From NCBI GenBank assembly GCA_963767925.1, contig CAVYGB010000008.1, positions 1,760,001-1,824,000 on the forward strand: a stretch of 64,000 bases of DNA, read 5' to 3'. Below the pieces are notes generated by a model. That model had not been told where the DNA came from, did no database searches, and worked only from the letters and a program-made list of their open reading frames with translations. Made by a program: the position numbers and the translations under genes. Origin of the DNA: an uncultured delta proteobacterium. GTDB taxonomy: Bacteria > Myxococcota_A > Polyangia > Fen-1088. Numbering within the stretch: the stretch's first letter is position 1; each line of letters begins with the position of its first letter. Of the stretch, positions 50,456-59,777 are shown one piece after another.

Positions 50456-51473
50456 TCCGCTTGCGCACCCGCCCTGCCGCCACGTCGATGACCGAGACGT
50501 CGTGGGAGGGTCCGTTGGCCGTGTAGACGGTGCGACCGTCGGCGGAGACGGCGATCCCCCAGGGCCGGGCTCCCACGTCGTCGATCACGCGCACGACCTT
50601 CCCGGCAGCGACGTCGACAACGGCGATCGATTCGTTGCGGCCGTTCGACACGTAGAGGCGCTTGCCGTCCGGGGACAACACGCTGCCCATGGGCCGGGGA
50701 GGAAGGGGCTTCTTCGCGCGAGAGACGATCTTCAGATCGCTGCGCCGGCGGGCGGCCCCCACGTCGATGAAGGTCACCTCGGCCGAGTTCTCGGCGGCGA
50801 CGAAGGCCAGCGCGCCGTCCTGACTGAAGGTGATGGATCGCGGCCGCGGCCCCGTCTCGATGCGGGTGAGGACCTTCAGGCTCGTGGTGTCCACCGCCAC
50901 CACCTGGTTGTCCTGCTCGCAGGCCACGTAGACCACCTGGCCATCGGGACGCAGGGTGACGCCTTCCGGCTCCAGACCGACGGGGACGCGGGCCGTGACC
51001 GTCCCGGCGGCGATGTCGATCACCGACATCTCGGCGGTCTCCTCGTTCGAGACGAACAGCCGCTTTCCGTCGGCGGAGATGTCGAAGGACTCCGGATCCT
51101 GACCGCTCGGCAACGTGCGCAGCAGCCTGGCCGAGGCCAGATCGATGACCCCGATCCCGTCGGCCTTCCGGTCGGCCGGCGGGAGCTTGGATTCGTCGAC
51201 GCCGGGCCCCCCCCGCGGGGACCCGGAGAGCGCCACGTAGAGGAGGCGACCGTCGGGACTGACTCGGATGCCACGCGGGCGCTTACCCACCGGGATCCGG
51301 GACACGACCTCAAGCGTGGCGGTGTCCACCACCGCCACGTCGCCGCTCTCCTCGTTGCTGACGTAGAGGCGAGCGGCCGGCGCCGCCACGGCCGCGGTCA
51401 GGAAGAGGCAGCCAACGCCGAGGACGATCGCTCCGACCCGGGAGGGGCTGAACACCGAGATGGAACTTCGCAT
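50412..51473 (-). CDS. YVTN-type beta-propeller repeat protein
   Basis: LYVSNEES.DV.VVD, IPVGKRPRGIRVSPDG and repeated S.DG..LYV.N; signal peptide present. Confidence 0.9.
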   Translation of the reverse strand: MRSSISVFSPSRVGAIVLGVGCLFLTAAVAAPAARLYVSNEESGDVAVVDTATLEVVSRIPVGKRPRGIRVSPDGRLLYVALSGSPRGGPGVDESKLPPADRKADGIGVIDLASARLLRTLPSGQDPESFDISADGKRLFVSNEETAEMSVIDIAAGTVTARVPVGLEPEGVTLRPDGQVVYVACEQDNQVVAVDTTSLKVLTRIETGPRPRSITFSQDGALAFVAAENSAEVTFIDVGAARRRSDLKIVSRAKKPLPPRPMGSVLSPDGKRLYVSNGRNESIAVVDVAAGKVVRVIDDVGARPWGIAVSADGRTVYTANGPSHDVSVIDVAAGRVRKRIKAGELPWGLALSR

Positions 51474-51523
51474 CGGCCGTAGCGTGCCACGACTCGTCCC
51501 GATCCGGTACGGCGACGTCGCCG

Positions 51524-52915
51524 TCAGGCCAGCAACGGCGGGATCGTCCCGGCGGCTCCCAGGTCGCCCACCTTGGGGACGTCGACCCCCATGAGGCGCA
51601 CCATGGTCTGGAGCATCTGGTTGTGGTCGTAGCGGCCCGCGAAATCGAGGAAACGGCCCGGTTTGACCGCGCCTCCCAGCTTGCCCGCCCACCAGCAGGG
51701 CTCGGGCGCGACCCCGTGGGTCCAGCCCAGGAAGAGCTCGTTGCCGTAGACCACCAGCATGTTGTCCAGCATCGGCTTGCCGCCCTCCTGAACCAGCTTG
51801 AGCTCGTCGAGGAGCTGGGCGATGTGGTCCATGTAGAAGGTCTGGATGCGGGCCAGCACGGGCGCGTTGGCGGTGCCGTGCGAGAGCGTGTGGTGGGTGT
51901 CCCGGGCGCCCACCCAGGAGTGGATGTGATTGGAGAAGCCGCGCGAGTACTGCAGGGAGGCGATGCGCGTCCGATCGCAGGCGAAGGCCGCCGCGACCAT
52001 CTTGTTGGTCAGGGTGATGAGCGCCGGGAAGCTGGCGTTGTTGTTCAGGTCGATCATCTGCGGCTTGCCGCCGGGGGTGCAGGCGGTGAGCACCGGGTTG
52101 CCCACGGTCCCCTGCAGACGGCGCTCGATGTCCCGCACCGTCTCGAGGTGCGCGTCGAGCTTTCCGCCGTCGTCCTTGCCGAGCTTGAGCCGCACGTCGC
52201 CCAGATCGGCCTTGAGGAAGTCGAGGATGCTTTTCTTCTCGGCCCGGATGCGCTCCATGGCGACATCGGGCGCACCCGACGCCGGCGCCATCCCCCCGCT
52301 GGGCTTGAACCCACCGCCGAAGATGCGGTCGAACATCTTGTAGGGATCCGACTCGGCAGGGACCTTCGCCCGCGGCCCCGAGTAGATCATGTACGAGTTG
52401 ACCGAGGCGGCCTTCGCGTTGGCGTCGCCCGCGTTGAAAAAGGACTGCACCCCGAACTGCAGCGACTGGAAGTCGGTGACGGTGGGCAAGCCCTTGGCGA
52501 TGATCTGGTCGACCGAGGGGGCCATACCCTGGTTGCCGCTGATCGAGTTCCCGGTCCAGAGACCGCCCATGGCGTGCTCGTGGGCTCCGCCGCTGCCGCC
52601 GTTGTGACGGGGCATATCCTTGAGGACGATCATGTCCGCCTTGTGGCGGTTGAGTGGCTCGAGGATGGAGGGGAACGTGAACTCGGTCTCGCTGCCCTTG
52701 GGCCACCACTGATCGGGCACGATCCCATCCGGGGTGAACAGCAGCAGCAGGCGCTTGGGCGCCGCGGCGTCGGCCCGGGCCCAGCCCTCGAGGGCTGGCA
52801 CCAGCGGCGCGGCGGCGGCGCTTACCCCCAGCGCCCGCAGGAGCTGGCGGCGCGAGGGTCCCTGCTTCCGGTTGGGCAGCGTGCTTCCGAGCGAGAGCGT
52901 GCGGAGGTACTTCAC
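51524..52915 (-). CDS. DUF1552 family protein with Tat signal
   Basis: SRRQLLRALG, PKRLLLLFTPDG, SVDQIIA, KLD.HL..VRDIERRL, AFACDRTR and HHTLSH. Confidence 0.9.
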   Translation of the reverse strand: MKYLRTLSLGSTLPNRKQGPSRRQLLRALGVSAAAAPLVPALEGWARADAAAPKRLLLLFTPDGIVPDQWWPKGSETEFTFPSILEPLNRHKADMIVLKDMPRHNGGSGGAHEHAMGGLWTGNSISGNQGMAPSVDQIIAKGLPTVTDFQSLQFGVQSFFNAGDANAKAASVNSYMIYSGPRAKVPAESDPYKMFDRIFGGGFKPSGGMAPASGAPDVAMERIRAEKKSILDFLKADLGDVRLKLGKDDGGKLDAHLETVRDIERRLQGTVGNPVLTACTPGGKPQMIDLNNNASFPALITLTNKMVAAAFACDRTRIASLQYSRGFSNHIHSWVGARDTHHTLSHGTANAPVLARIQTFYMDHIAQLLDELKLVQEGGKPMLDNMLVVYGNELFLGWTHGVAPEPCWWAGKLGGAVKPGRFLDFAGRYDHNQMLQTMVRLMGVDVPKVGDLGAAGTIPPLLA

Positions 52916-54642
52916 GGCTTCACCTTCTGGTAACGGAAGGAATCGGATCGGGCCAGACCGAGGAGGAGCTCCGAGACCTTCCCCCCTCCGGCCTGGAAGC
53001 CCTCCAGGGCGGTGGTCAACGAGCGGACGTCGTCGGGACTGTCCTCTCTGCCGAGGGCAAAGCGGAGCCACTGGGTGGCCACGCAGCGCTGGACCTCCTC
53101 GGCGCCGGCCAGCTTCTCGACCATGTCGATGGCGTCGCGGACCGGACCGTTGAGGGTCTCGGTGGCGATGATCTCGGTCTTGGCGTCGATCGGCTTGCCA
53201 TTCTCCAGCGTCCGGTAGCGGCCGATGGCGTCGTAGTTCTCGAAGGCGAAGCCCAGCGGATCGAACAGCGCGTGGCAGGACGCGCACTCGGGCTTGTCGC
53301 GGTGGACGGCGGCCCGCGTGCGGGCGTCGGCGCTGGCCGGCACCTCGGTCTCCGAGGAGTCCACGCCCGGGGGCGGGTCGGGCACCGGCGTGCACAGGAA
53401 CCCGGCCCGGATGAGCTTTCCACGCCGGATGAACGACGTACGATCCTCCTTCGCCAGGGCCGACAGGATGCCCGCCTGGGTGAGGAGCCCGGAGCGCTGG
53501 CCCGGATCCAGGTCGGTCTTCTGCCAGCCGCTCGCGGCCCCCGCCGGCCGGGGCAGCCCGTAGAGCTCGTGCAGCGGCCCGGAGAGGACGGAGTAGGACG
53601 CGCTGAGCAAGGTGGCGAGCTTGCCATCGCCTTCGGTCATCACGTAGTCGACGAAGCGACGGGGCTCCTCGAGCATCGCCGCGCGCAGGGCCTCGTTCCA
53701 GGCCGGGAACAGCTCGGGATCCTTTTCCACCGCCTTGAGCTCGGTGGTCTCCAGCCACTGCTGGTGGAAGGTCGCCAGTGTGTCGCGGAAGCGCGGCGTC
53801 CCCATCAACCGGCTGGCCTGGCTGGCCACCTCCTCCGGCCTGGCGAGCTGCCCCGCCTCGGCGGCCGAGAACAGGTCGCCGTCGGGCATGCTGTTGAGGA
53901 AAAAGTACGAGAGGCGGGAGGCCAGCGCCCAGCCGTCCAGGGCGACAACCTTGCCCACCTCGGCGCCGGCCGTGGGCTCGACGAGGTAGAGGAAGCTCGC
54001 CGATTGCAGCATGCCCGTGAGGAGCAAGCGAAGGCCGCTGGCCAGGTCCCCGCCCTCGGCCCGTCCCGCCGCCACCAGGGCCCGGGCGCGCTCCAGCTCC
54101 GCCGGGGCGAGAGGCCGCCGGAAGGCCCGCTTGCCGAAGCGCCCGATGAAGTCGGTCAGGCAGGGGCCCTCGTTCGCGCCGGAGGGGTCGCAGGCCAGCA
54201 ACGCCGGTAAGTCGGCGGTTGCCTTCCGGGCGATGGCCTCGGCCAGCCCGGCGTAGCGATCCAGGTCCGAACCCTGGACCGGCCGGTGGATGTTGCTCAC
54301 GAAACGCTCGTCTCCGATGGCGTCGTCGGCCGGGAGGGAGCCTTCGGTAACGAGGTCACCGAGGCCGAGCAGATCCTGAACCGTGTTCCGGTACTGCAAC
54401 GCGTTTAGCCGGCGCAGCGGCGCCGCTCCTGCGTTGACTCCGGCAGGAGCCGGTGCGGCTGGCATCGACGGGCCACCGACAGCGCCACCGCCGCCGGCGT
54501 TCCCGGTCCGCTGCGGCTCACCACCGGGCGTGCGGCCCGGAGCCGCCCCGTCGATGCTGCCCGTGCAGGCCGCCCCGAGCAGCGCCAGTCCGGCGCCCAG
54601 CCAGCGGCCTGGCAAATTTCCTGATGTTGCCCGTCGGTGCAT
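52912..54642 (-). CDS. DUF1592-family lipoprotein (DUF1587/1595/1592/1588/1585 architecture) with a CxxCH motif
   Basis: LRRLN..QYRNTV.DLL, AFRRPL, LASRLSYF..NSMPD, RSGLLTQ, CASCH..FDPLGFAFENYDAIGRYR. Confidence 0.92.
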   Translation of the reverse strand: MHRRATSGNLPGRWLGAGLALLGAACTGSIDGAAPGRTPGGEPQRTGNAGGGGAVGGPSMPAAPAPAGVNAGAAPLRRLNALQYRNTVQDLLGLGDLVTEGSLPADDAIGDERFVSNIHRPVQGSDLDRYAGLAEAIARKATADLPALLACDPSGANEGPCLTDFIGRFGKRAFRRPLAPAELERARALVAAGRAEGGDLASGLRLLLTGMLQSASFLYLVEPTAGAEVGKVVALDGWALASRLSYFFLNSMPDGDLFSAAEAGQLARPEEVASQASRLMGTPRFRDTLATFHQQWLETTELKAVEKDPELFPAWNEALRAAMLEEPRRFVDYVMTEGDGKLATLLSASYSVLSGPLHELYGLPRPAGAASGWQKTDLDPGQRSGLLTQAGILSALAKEDRTSFIRRGKLIRAGFLCTPVPDPPPGVDSSETEVPASADARTRAAVHRDKPECASCHALFDPLGFAFENYDAIGRYRTLENGKPIDAKTEIIATETLNGPVRDAIDMVEKLAGAEEVQRCVATQWLRFALGREDSPDDVRSLTTALEGFQAGGGKVSELLLGLARSDSFRYQKVKP

Positions 54643-54828
54643 TTCGACCTCCGGCCAGGGTTGATCCTGGCCCGGTGAGACGTTTTTTCGCGCCTCATGC
54701 CTGATCGAAGGGTCAGGGGATGGGGCTGCAGGATGTTAAGTGTCGCAACCCGCACTTGGGAACACATTTATTTTCTGGACCGCCAGGTGCCACGCACGCC
54801 TTATCCAGCAGGGCTCCACCTGCCTCCG

Positions 54829-55737
54829 GTGGCTGACGATGAACCGTCGGTGGGCCCTCGGCTCTTCGCCTCGTACGCCATCGCGCAGGCGCTCTCGCTG
54901 GGGGTCTTCTTCCTGCTCCCACCCGGCACCTGGGCGGCGACGTTCTGGCAGGTCGCGATTGGCTGGGTCGCCGCCGCGTTCGCCCTCCGCCAGGCCCGCC
55001 AGGGCGGAGAGGGTAGCCGGTCCATCGGCTACCTGTTCGGCGCGGGCCTGCTGCTCAACGACAGCGGCATCTTCGTCGAGCAGATCCTCTCACATTTCTT
55101 CTCGGCACCCGCGAGCCCCAACCTCGCCGACGCCTTCTGGCTGGCGCTCTATCCCTGCCTGATCACCGGCCTCACCATCGTTGTCTACCGCCGCAGCGGG
55201 GACGACGACAACGACGGGATCGTCGCGAGCACCGCCATCAGCACGGTCATCACGATCGGCCTCGGCCTCGTCGCCTGGGAGCTGGTCATCGTGCCCAAGA
55301 CGGTGGTTCGGGATGTCAGCGTCGGTCAGCTCCTCATCGTGACCGCCTACCCCACCGGCGACCTGGTCCTCATCGCGCTCGCCCTGCGCCTGCTTTTCTC
55401 GGGCACCGCCCGCAGCCCGGCCTTCCTTTTGCTGTTCGCCTCGGTCCTGTGTTTCCTCGGCGCCGACATGGGCTGGGTGGCGCCGCTGCGCACCGGCGAG
55501 CCGCTGTCGGCCGGCGTCCGCCAGGTGCTGGCGGCGACCTCGCTCGCCGCCTATTGCCTCATGGGGGCCGCCGTCGGCCATCGATCCTTCCCCGATCTGG
55601 TCCAGCGGTCGCAGCGGCCGGGCACGCGGGCGACGCCCGCCATGCTGGGATCGCTCGCGGTTTCTCTCCTCATCGCGCCGACGGTCCTCGCCGTGGAGGC
55701 CATCCTGGACAAGCTGTACGGAGCCATGGGTCCATGA
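54829..55737 (+). CDS. Multi-pass membrane protein resembling a sensor domain, with no output domain
   Basis: Many TM helices, P.LADAFWLALYP and AYP.GDL. The start is uncertain (54733 ATG or 54829 GTG). Confidence 0.72.
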   Translation: MADDEPSVGPRLFASYAIAQALSLGVFFLLPPGTWAATFWQVAIGWVAAAFALRQARQGGEGSRSIGYLFGAGLLLNDSGIFVEQILSHFFSAPASPNLADAFWLALYPCLITGLTIVVYRRSGDDDNDGIVASTAISTVITIGLGLVAWELVIVPKTVVRDVSVGQLLIVTAYPTGDLVLIALALRLLFSGTARSPAFLLLFASVLCFLGADMGWVAPLRTGEPLSAGVRQVLAATSLAAYCLMGAAVGHRSFPDLVQRSQRPGTRATPAMLGSLAVSLLIAPTVLAVEAILDKLYGAMGP

Positions 55738-55916
55738 CGACGTGCGGATAGCGCTGTGAAGCCAGAACCCCTCCGGTGACGAGGCCCCGGACGTGCTCGC
55801 ACTGAAGGGGGCACTCTGTACGGATATGAAAAATCGAAAGATCGCTGGCGTTTTTGCCCTTGCTTGCCGCGGGCCAGAGCCCAAAAGTTGTACAAAACTT
55901 TAGAACCGAACGCGCC

Positions 55917-56369
55917 TTGAGCACGACCACCATCCCCCCCGAGGATCGAAAGACGCTGCTCGTCGTTGACGACGACAGCGACGTCCGCGACGTCCTGCAG
56001 GAGGTGCTCCAAGACGCCGGGTACGTCGTCGTCTGTGTGGAGCATGGGGAGGATGCGCTGTCGTACCTGCACATCGGCCCCACGCCCGACGCCATCTTGC
56101 TGGACCTGTTCATGCCCGTGATGAGCGGCTGGGACTTCGCCAGGCACATGCGGCGCTTTCCCCATCTGGCCACTATCCCCATCGTGGTGATCACCTGCAG
56201 CGAGCCCTACTGGGGCTACCCGGGCCCCCACGTGCTGCGCAAGCCGCTCGACCTGGAGAAGCTCCTACAGACCGTCCAGGACCTCCTGGACGCTCAGGGC
56301 GGCGGCTCCCCGACCGGGTCCAACGGGGCCCCCGGGTCGCGCCGCATCCCGAACGTGCGGCCGTCGTAG
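55917..56369 (+). CDS. Single-domain response regulator
   Basis: LLVVDDD, PDAILLDLFMPVMSGWDF, IVVIT and LRKP; probable TTG start. Confidence 0.9.
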   Translation: MSTTTIPPEDRKTLLVVDDDSDVRDVLQEVLQDAGYVVVCVEHGEDALSYLHIGPTPDAILLDLFMPVMSGWDFARHMRRFPHLATIPIVVITCSEPYWGYPGPHVLRKPLDLEKLLQTVQDLLDAQGGGSPTGSNGAPGSRRIPNVRPS

Positions 56370-56486
56370 GCGGGCCGATCCTGGCCACTGTCCCACCTCG
56401 TGGGGCCTCACGTCGCGGCGCTCCGGGGTCCGCGCCGCCGCGGCTGGGAGCCGGCCGGATCCGGTCGGCGGTGATATCTTCAAGGG

Positions 56487-57008
56487 ATGGACTTCGCGGC
56501 GTTCGAACGGCTGGTGCTCGAGGTGCTGTTCGAAACGCGCGACCCTCTGACAGCTCCCCACCTGGCGTATCTCGGGGGGATCTCGGTGACCCGGGCCGAG
56601 CGGTACCTGGGCCGGATGGTGGAGGAAGGGTCGATCGTTCCGCGCCTCGGCTCACAAGGTGTCATCGAATACATCTTCCCCGGCCGGCGGAACCTGGACG
56701 TTCGCCCGCGGGACGCTCGCCGGCGGCTCGATGCGGCCGCGCCCACCGGACCGCGGGAGGGGGCCGAGGCGCAGGCCGACGCGGCCGAGAGCACCGAGGA
56801 CCTCGCCACCGACGCCGTCAGCTCCGCGACCGCCGTGTTGCTGTCGGTGCTGGTGCCTGGCGCCGGTCACATCTACGCGGGCCGCTCGGGCGCAGGGGTG
56901 GCCTGGATGGCCACCACCCTGGCCGGCTACGCCTGCTGCCTGCTGCCGGGCCTGTTCCTGCACGGCCTCTGTCTGGTCAGCGCCGCCCACGCCCGCGAGC
57001 CGCGCTAG
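56487..57008 (+). CDS. Winged-helix plus TM2-like membrane protein
   Basis: LTAPHLAYLGGISVTRAERYLGRMVEEG...IEYIFP; C-terminal AVLLSVLVPGAGHIYAG. Confidence 0.72.
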   Translation: MDFAAFERLVLEVLFETRDPLTAPHLAYLGGISVTRAERYLGRMVEEGSIVPRLGSQGVIEYIFPGRRNLDVRPRDARRRLDAAAPTGPREGAEAQADAAESTEDLATDAVSSATAVLLSVLVPGAGHIYAGRSGAGVAWMATTLAGYACCLLPGLFLHGLCLVSAAHAREPR

Positions 57009-57070
57009 TCGGGCGTCGAGCGAAGCGAGGGAACCCGACTCCTTCGAAAACGGTCCCTGGCCCGCGGAAC

Positions 57071-57700
57071 TTACGGCTCCAGCGACGCCTGCTTCTCCCG
57101 GTGGATGCGGCGGAGCTGATCGAGGGTCTCCGGAGAGACTCCCGAGGTCGCCTCGCGCTCCAGGCGCGTGATCGCCTCGTTCAGCGCCTGGGACTCCCGC
57201 CCGGCCCGCGCGCGCAGGGCCTCGTACATGTCGCGGAAGGTGGAATAGAACTCCTGGAGCTCGTCCCCCTTGCGCAGCTGCTGCCTCATGGCCGGCGACA
57301 GCTTGTTGTCCCGCACGCGGGTGCAGATGCCGGCGATGCTGTAGAGCGGTCCCGCCACCTTGTGCGTGATCCAGATACCGACCCCGGCGATCGAGACGAG
57401 CAGCAGCAGGCCGAAGCCGGCGATGCTGAACAGCACCACCCGATCGTTGGCCCGGAACTGGGCCTGCAGCTCGCCGGCGCTGGCCGGATCCACCAGCCCC
57501 GTCATCCAGATGATCTTCGAGGTGTCCTGGGTGGCGTCGTAGATCTTGTAGCCCAGCACGGCGGTCAGCAGCACAGCCACCATGATGATGAAGGCCGTGT
57601 AACGGATCTGTAGACCCACGTCGAGCAGGTAGTTCCGCAGCTTTCGTTTGTAGCGCGGCGGCGAACCGGTCGCGCTCGCGGCTGTCTCGGGTTTGCTCAT
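57071..57700 (-). CDS. Two-TM HAMP-domain protein
   Basis: RKLRNYLLD..LQIRY, two TM helices, ITHKVAGPLY...LRKGDELQEF. Confidence 0.85.
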   Translation of the reverse strand: MSKPETAASATGSPPRYKRKLRNYLLDVGLQIRYTAFIIMVAVLLTAVLGYKIYDATQDTSKIIWMTGLVDPASAGELQAQFRANDRVVLFSIAGFGLLLLVSIAGVGIWITHKVAGPLYSIAGICTRVRDNKLSPAMRQQLRKGDELQEFYSTFRDMYEALRARAGRESQALNEAITRLEREATSGVSPETLDQLRRIHREKQASLEP

Positions 57701-57710
57701 CGTGGGCCCC

Positions 57711-58553
57711 TCATCCCCCCTGGGATTGTAAGAATTTACTCAGATCTTCTCCCAACTGTCCCGCCGAAGCCTCCAGACAATCTCGACGGGCGTTGGCAAT
57801 GTCCTGAGGTCGCGAACCTCCCTGGACCGCCGCACCGGCATTGGTCCAGAGAATGATGCTCTTGGAAGGCCAGCGCGCGACCATGACCTTCACGTCGCAG
57901 TTGATCTCCATCGCGCCGCCCACGAGTCCATTTTCCAGGCGGCTGACGTTCCCGTCGATGAGAAACCCGACCGGCGAGCCGCCCCCGACGGTGCGGCTCT
58001 CGAAGGTGACCGAGGGGAGCTTCCCCAGCTCCCGCCTCAGGGCGCTGCGCAGGACCTCCAGCGCGTTCGCGTCGGCCCCCCCGGCGCCGCCGCTGAAGCT
58101 CCCGAAGGTGAGAAATATCTTACCTCCGTGCGACTTGACCCCCACCAGGGCGAGCGCCTTCTCCGCCTGGACCCGCACCGCCTGATCCTGCTCCCGCTCG
58201 AGCAGTGCCTTCAGCGCCGGCGCCGAGGAGGCCACGCCGAGGCGCCCCAGCGCCTGCGCCGACATCCAGCGCACCAGCTTGTTGCTGTCGCTGAGGGCCC
58301 GGGCCAGCGGCTCGGCCCCCCCGGGGTCGCCCAGCCTGCCGAGGAGCTGTGCGGCCTGGACGCGCACCTTGTAGCTGTCGTCCTCGAGCAGCACGCGCGA
58401 GAGCTCCTCGAGCTTCCCGGCATGGGCCACCCGTCGCGGCGGTGCCAGGGCAACCGCCAGCCCGAGCAGGAGGCAGAGCGCGGCCGTGGACCAGACCCGG
58501 GACGGGCCTCGCCGGCGGGAGCACCGAGGGCTGCCTCCCCGGCTGCCCTGCAT
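57711..58553 (-). CDS. Secreted HEAT-repeat protein
   Basis: Signal peptide (VAHA), DDSYKVRVQAAQLLGRLG and LSDSNKLVRWMSAQALG. The start is uncertain. Confidence 0.82.
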   Translation of the reverse strand: MQGSRGGSPRCSRRRGPSRVWSTAALCLLLGLAVALAPPRRVAHAGKLEELSRVLLEDDSYKVRVQAAQLLGRLGDPGGAEPLARALSDSNKLVRWMSAQALGRLGVASSAPALKALLEREQDQAVRVQAEKALALVGVKSHGGKIFLTFGSFSGGAGGADANALEVLRSALRRELGKLPSVTFESRTVGGGSPVGFLIDGNVSRLENGLVGGAMEINCDVKVMVARWPSKSIILWTNAGAAVQGGSRPQDIANARRDCLEASAGQLGEDLSKFLQSQGG

Positions 58554-58558
58554 GAAGG

Positions 58559-59743
58559 TCATTCTTCCAATTGCAGGTTCGGCTTGGCGCTTCCGGACTT
58601 TAGCGCGACGACGAAAGCGGCTCCGCCCTCGTCTCCAGCCCCCGCCACCACCCGCCCTCCGTGAAGCTCCAGCACCATCCGCGCCAGCGCCAGACCCAGG
58701 CCCTGCACCGGCGGCAGCCGCCGGGTCAGGCGCACGTACGGCTCGAAGATACGGGCGCGATCTTCGGGTGGGATGACCTCGCCATCGCTCGACAGGTTCA
58801 CCCGCAAGCCGGCCTCGTCCTCGGCCGTGCGCAGCAACAGGCGGCTGGTGCGGGGCTGTCGCAGCAAGTAGGCCGCGAGGGCGGCGAAGGCCTGCCGCAG
58901 CAGCTCGCGATCGCCGACCACCCACGCCCCGGGCCCCGAGACGACCTCGAGCACCGGGCGGGGACGGGATCCCTGCTCGGTCTGGCCCCGCAGCTCCTCC
59001 TTGACCTCGGCCAGCAGATCGTCGAGCCGGATCTGGCTCTGCTTGAGGGTCACCCGGCCCGACTCGAAGCGCTCGTAGTCCTGCACCGTCCGCAGGCCGC
59101 GGCCGAGCTGCTGGAACAGGTGGCGGGTCTCGCGCGAGCACTCGAGCAGGTCCTCCGATCGGTCCCTGGCCGCCGCCGCCGCCCCCTGGGCCAGGAACTC
59201 GAAGTTCGCCTGCAGGGCGCCGCTGACGTTCTGGAGATCGTGGACGAAGGTGGCGATCCAGCGCCCGCGCTCGGTGATCGCGGTCCGGCTGGCGTCGTGT
59301 TTGCGCTCTTGCCGGCGGTACAGCGCCTGCGACCGCAGCAGCGCCCACAGGCGCGTGCGCTTCTCGGCCTCGTCCATCCCGGGGGGAAAGACCGCGTCGG
59401 CGCCGGCGGCGTACGCGGACAGGCGCTGCGGCCCCCGGTCGTTCCGGGGCACGACGATGACCGGGAGAAAATGCGTGCGGGTGTTGCTCTTGAGGCGCTG
59501 GCAGAGATCGACGCCGCCGCTCGGCGGCAGATCCTCGTGGATCAGCAGCAAGTTTGGTCGATGCAGGAGCGCCTCCTCGAAGGCTGCCTCCGCGTCGGCG
59601 ACAACCGCGATATTGAGCTTCTCTGCCTTGAGGAACTCGACGAGCGGCCGGGCGGCGTCGCGCTCACCGGCGGCGACCAGGGCCTCGATCTCGCCCGGCT
59701 CGGGGACGAGATCGCTGCGACTGGTCCGCTCGCTGGGCAACAT
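58559..59743 (-). CDS. Hybrid receiver-histidine kinase with degenerate motifs
   Basis: Receiver-like HRPNLLLIHEDLP..GGVDLC.RLK; H-box FVHDLQN; RIFEPY and GLGLALARMVLELHGG. Confidence 0.85.
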   Translation of the reverse strand: MLPSERTSRSDLVPEPGEIEALVAAGERDAARPLVEFLKAEKLNIAVVADAEAAFEEALLHRPNLLLIHEDLPPSGGVDLCQRLKSNTRTHFLPVIVVPRNDRGPQRLSAYAAGADAVFPPGMDEAEKRTRLWALLRSQALYRRQERKHDASRTAITERGRWIATFVHDLQNVSGALQANFEFLAQGAAAAARDRSEDLLECSRETRHLFQQLGRGLRTVQDYERFESGRVTLKQSQIRLDDLLAEVKEELRGQTEQGSRPRPVLEVVSGPGAWVVGDRELLRQAFAALAAYLLRQPRTSRLLLRTAEDEAGLRVNLSSDGEVIPPEDRARIFEPYVRLTRRLPPVQGLGLALARMVLELHGGRVVAGAGDEGGAAFVVALKSGSAKPNLQLEE

Positions 59744-59777
59744 CGCGTCCGTCTCCCTCGCCGCTCCGGCGACAGTA

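Noticed and set aside
55846..55864. Sigma54 promoter (TGGC...TTGC) upstream of the receiver gene
   Set aside because: The GG-to-GC spacing is not the required 10 nt.
30700..56400. Prophage or integrative element as the source of the accessory block
   Set aside because: No integrase, transposase, phage genes, tRNA or flanking direct repeats seen; it looks like piecemeal accretion.
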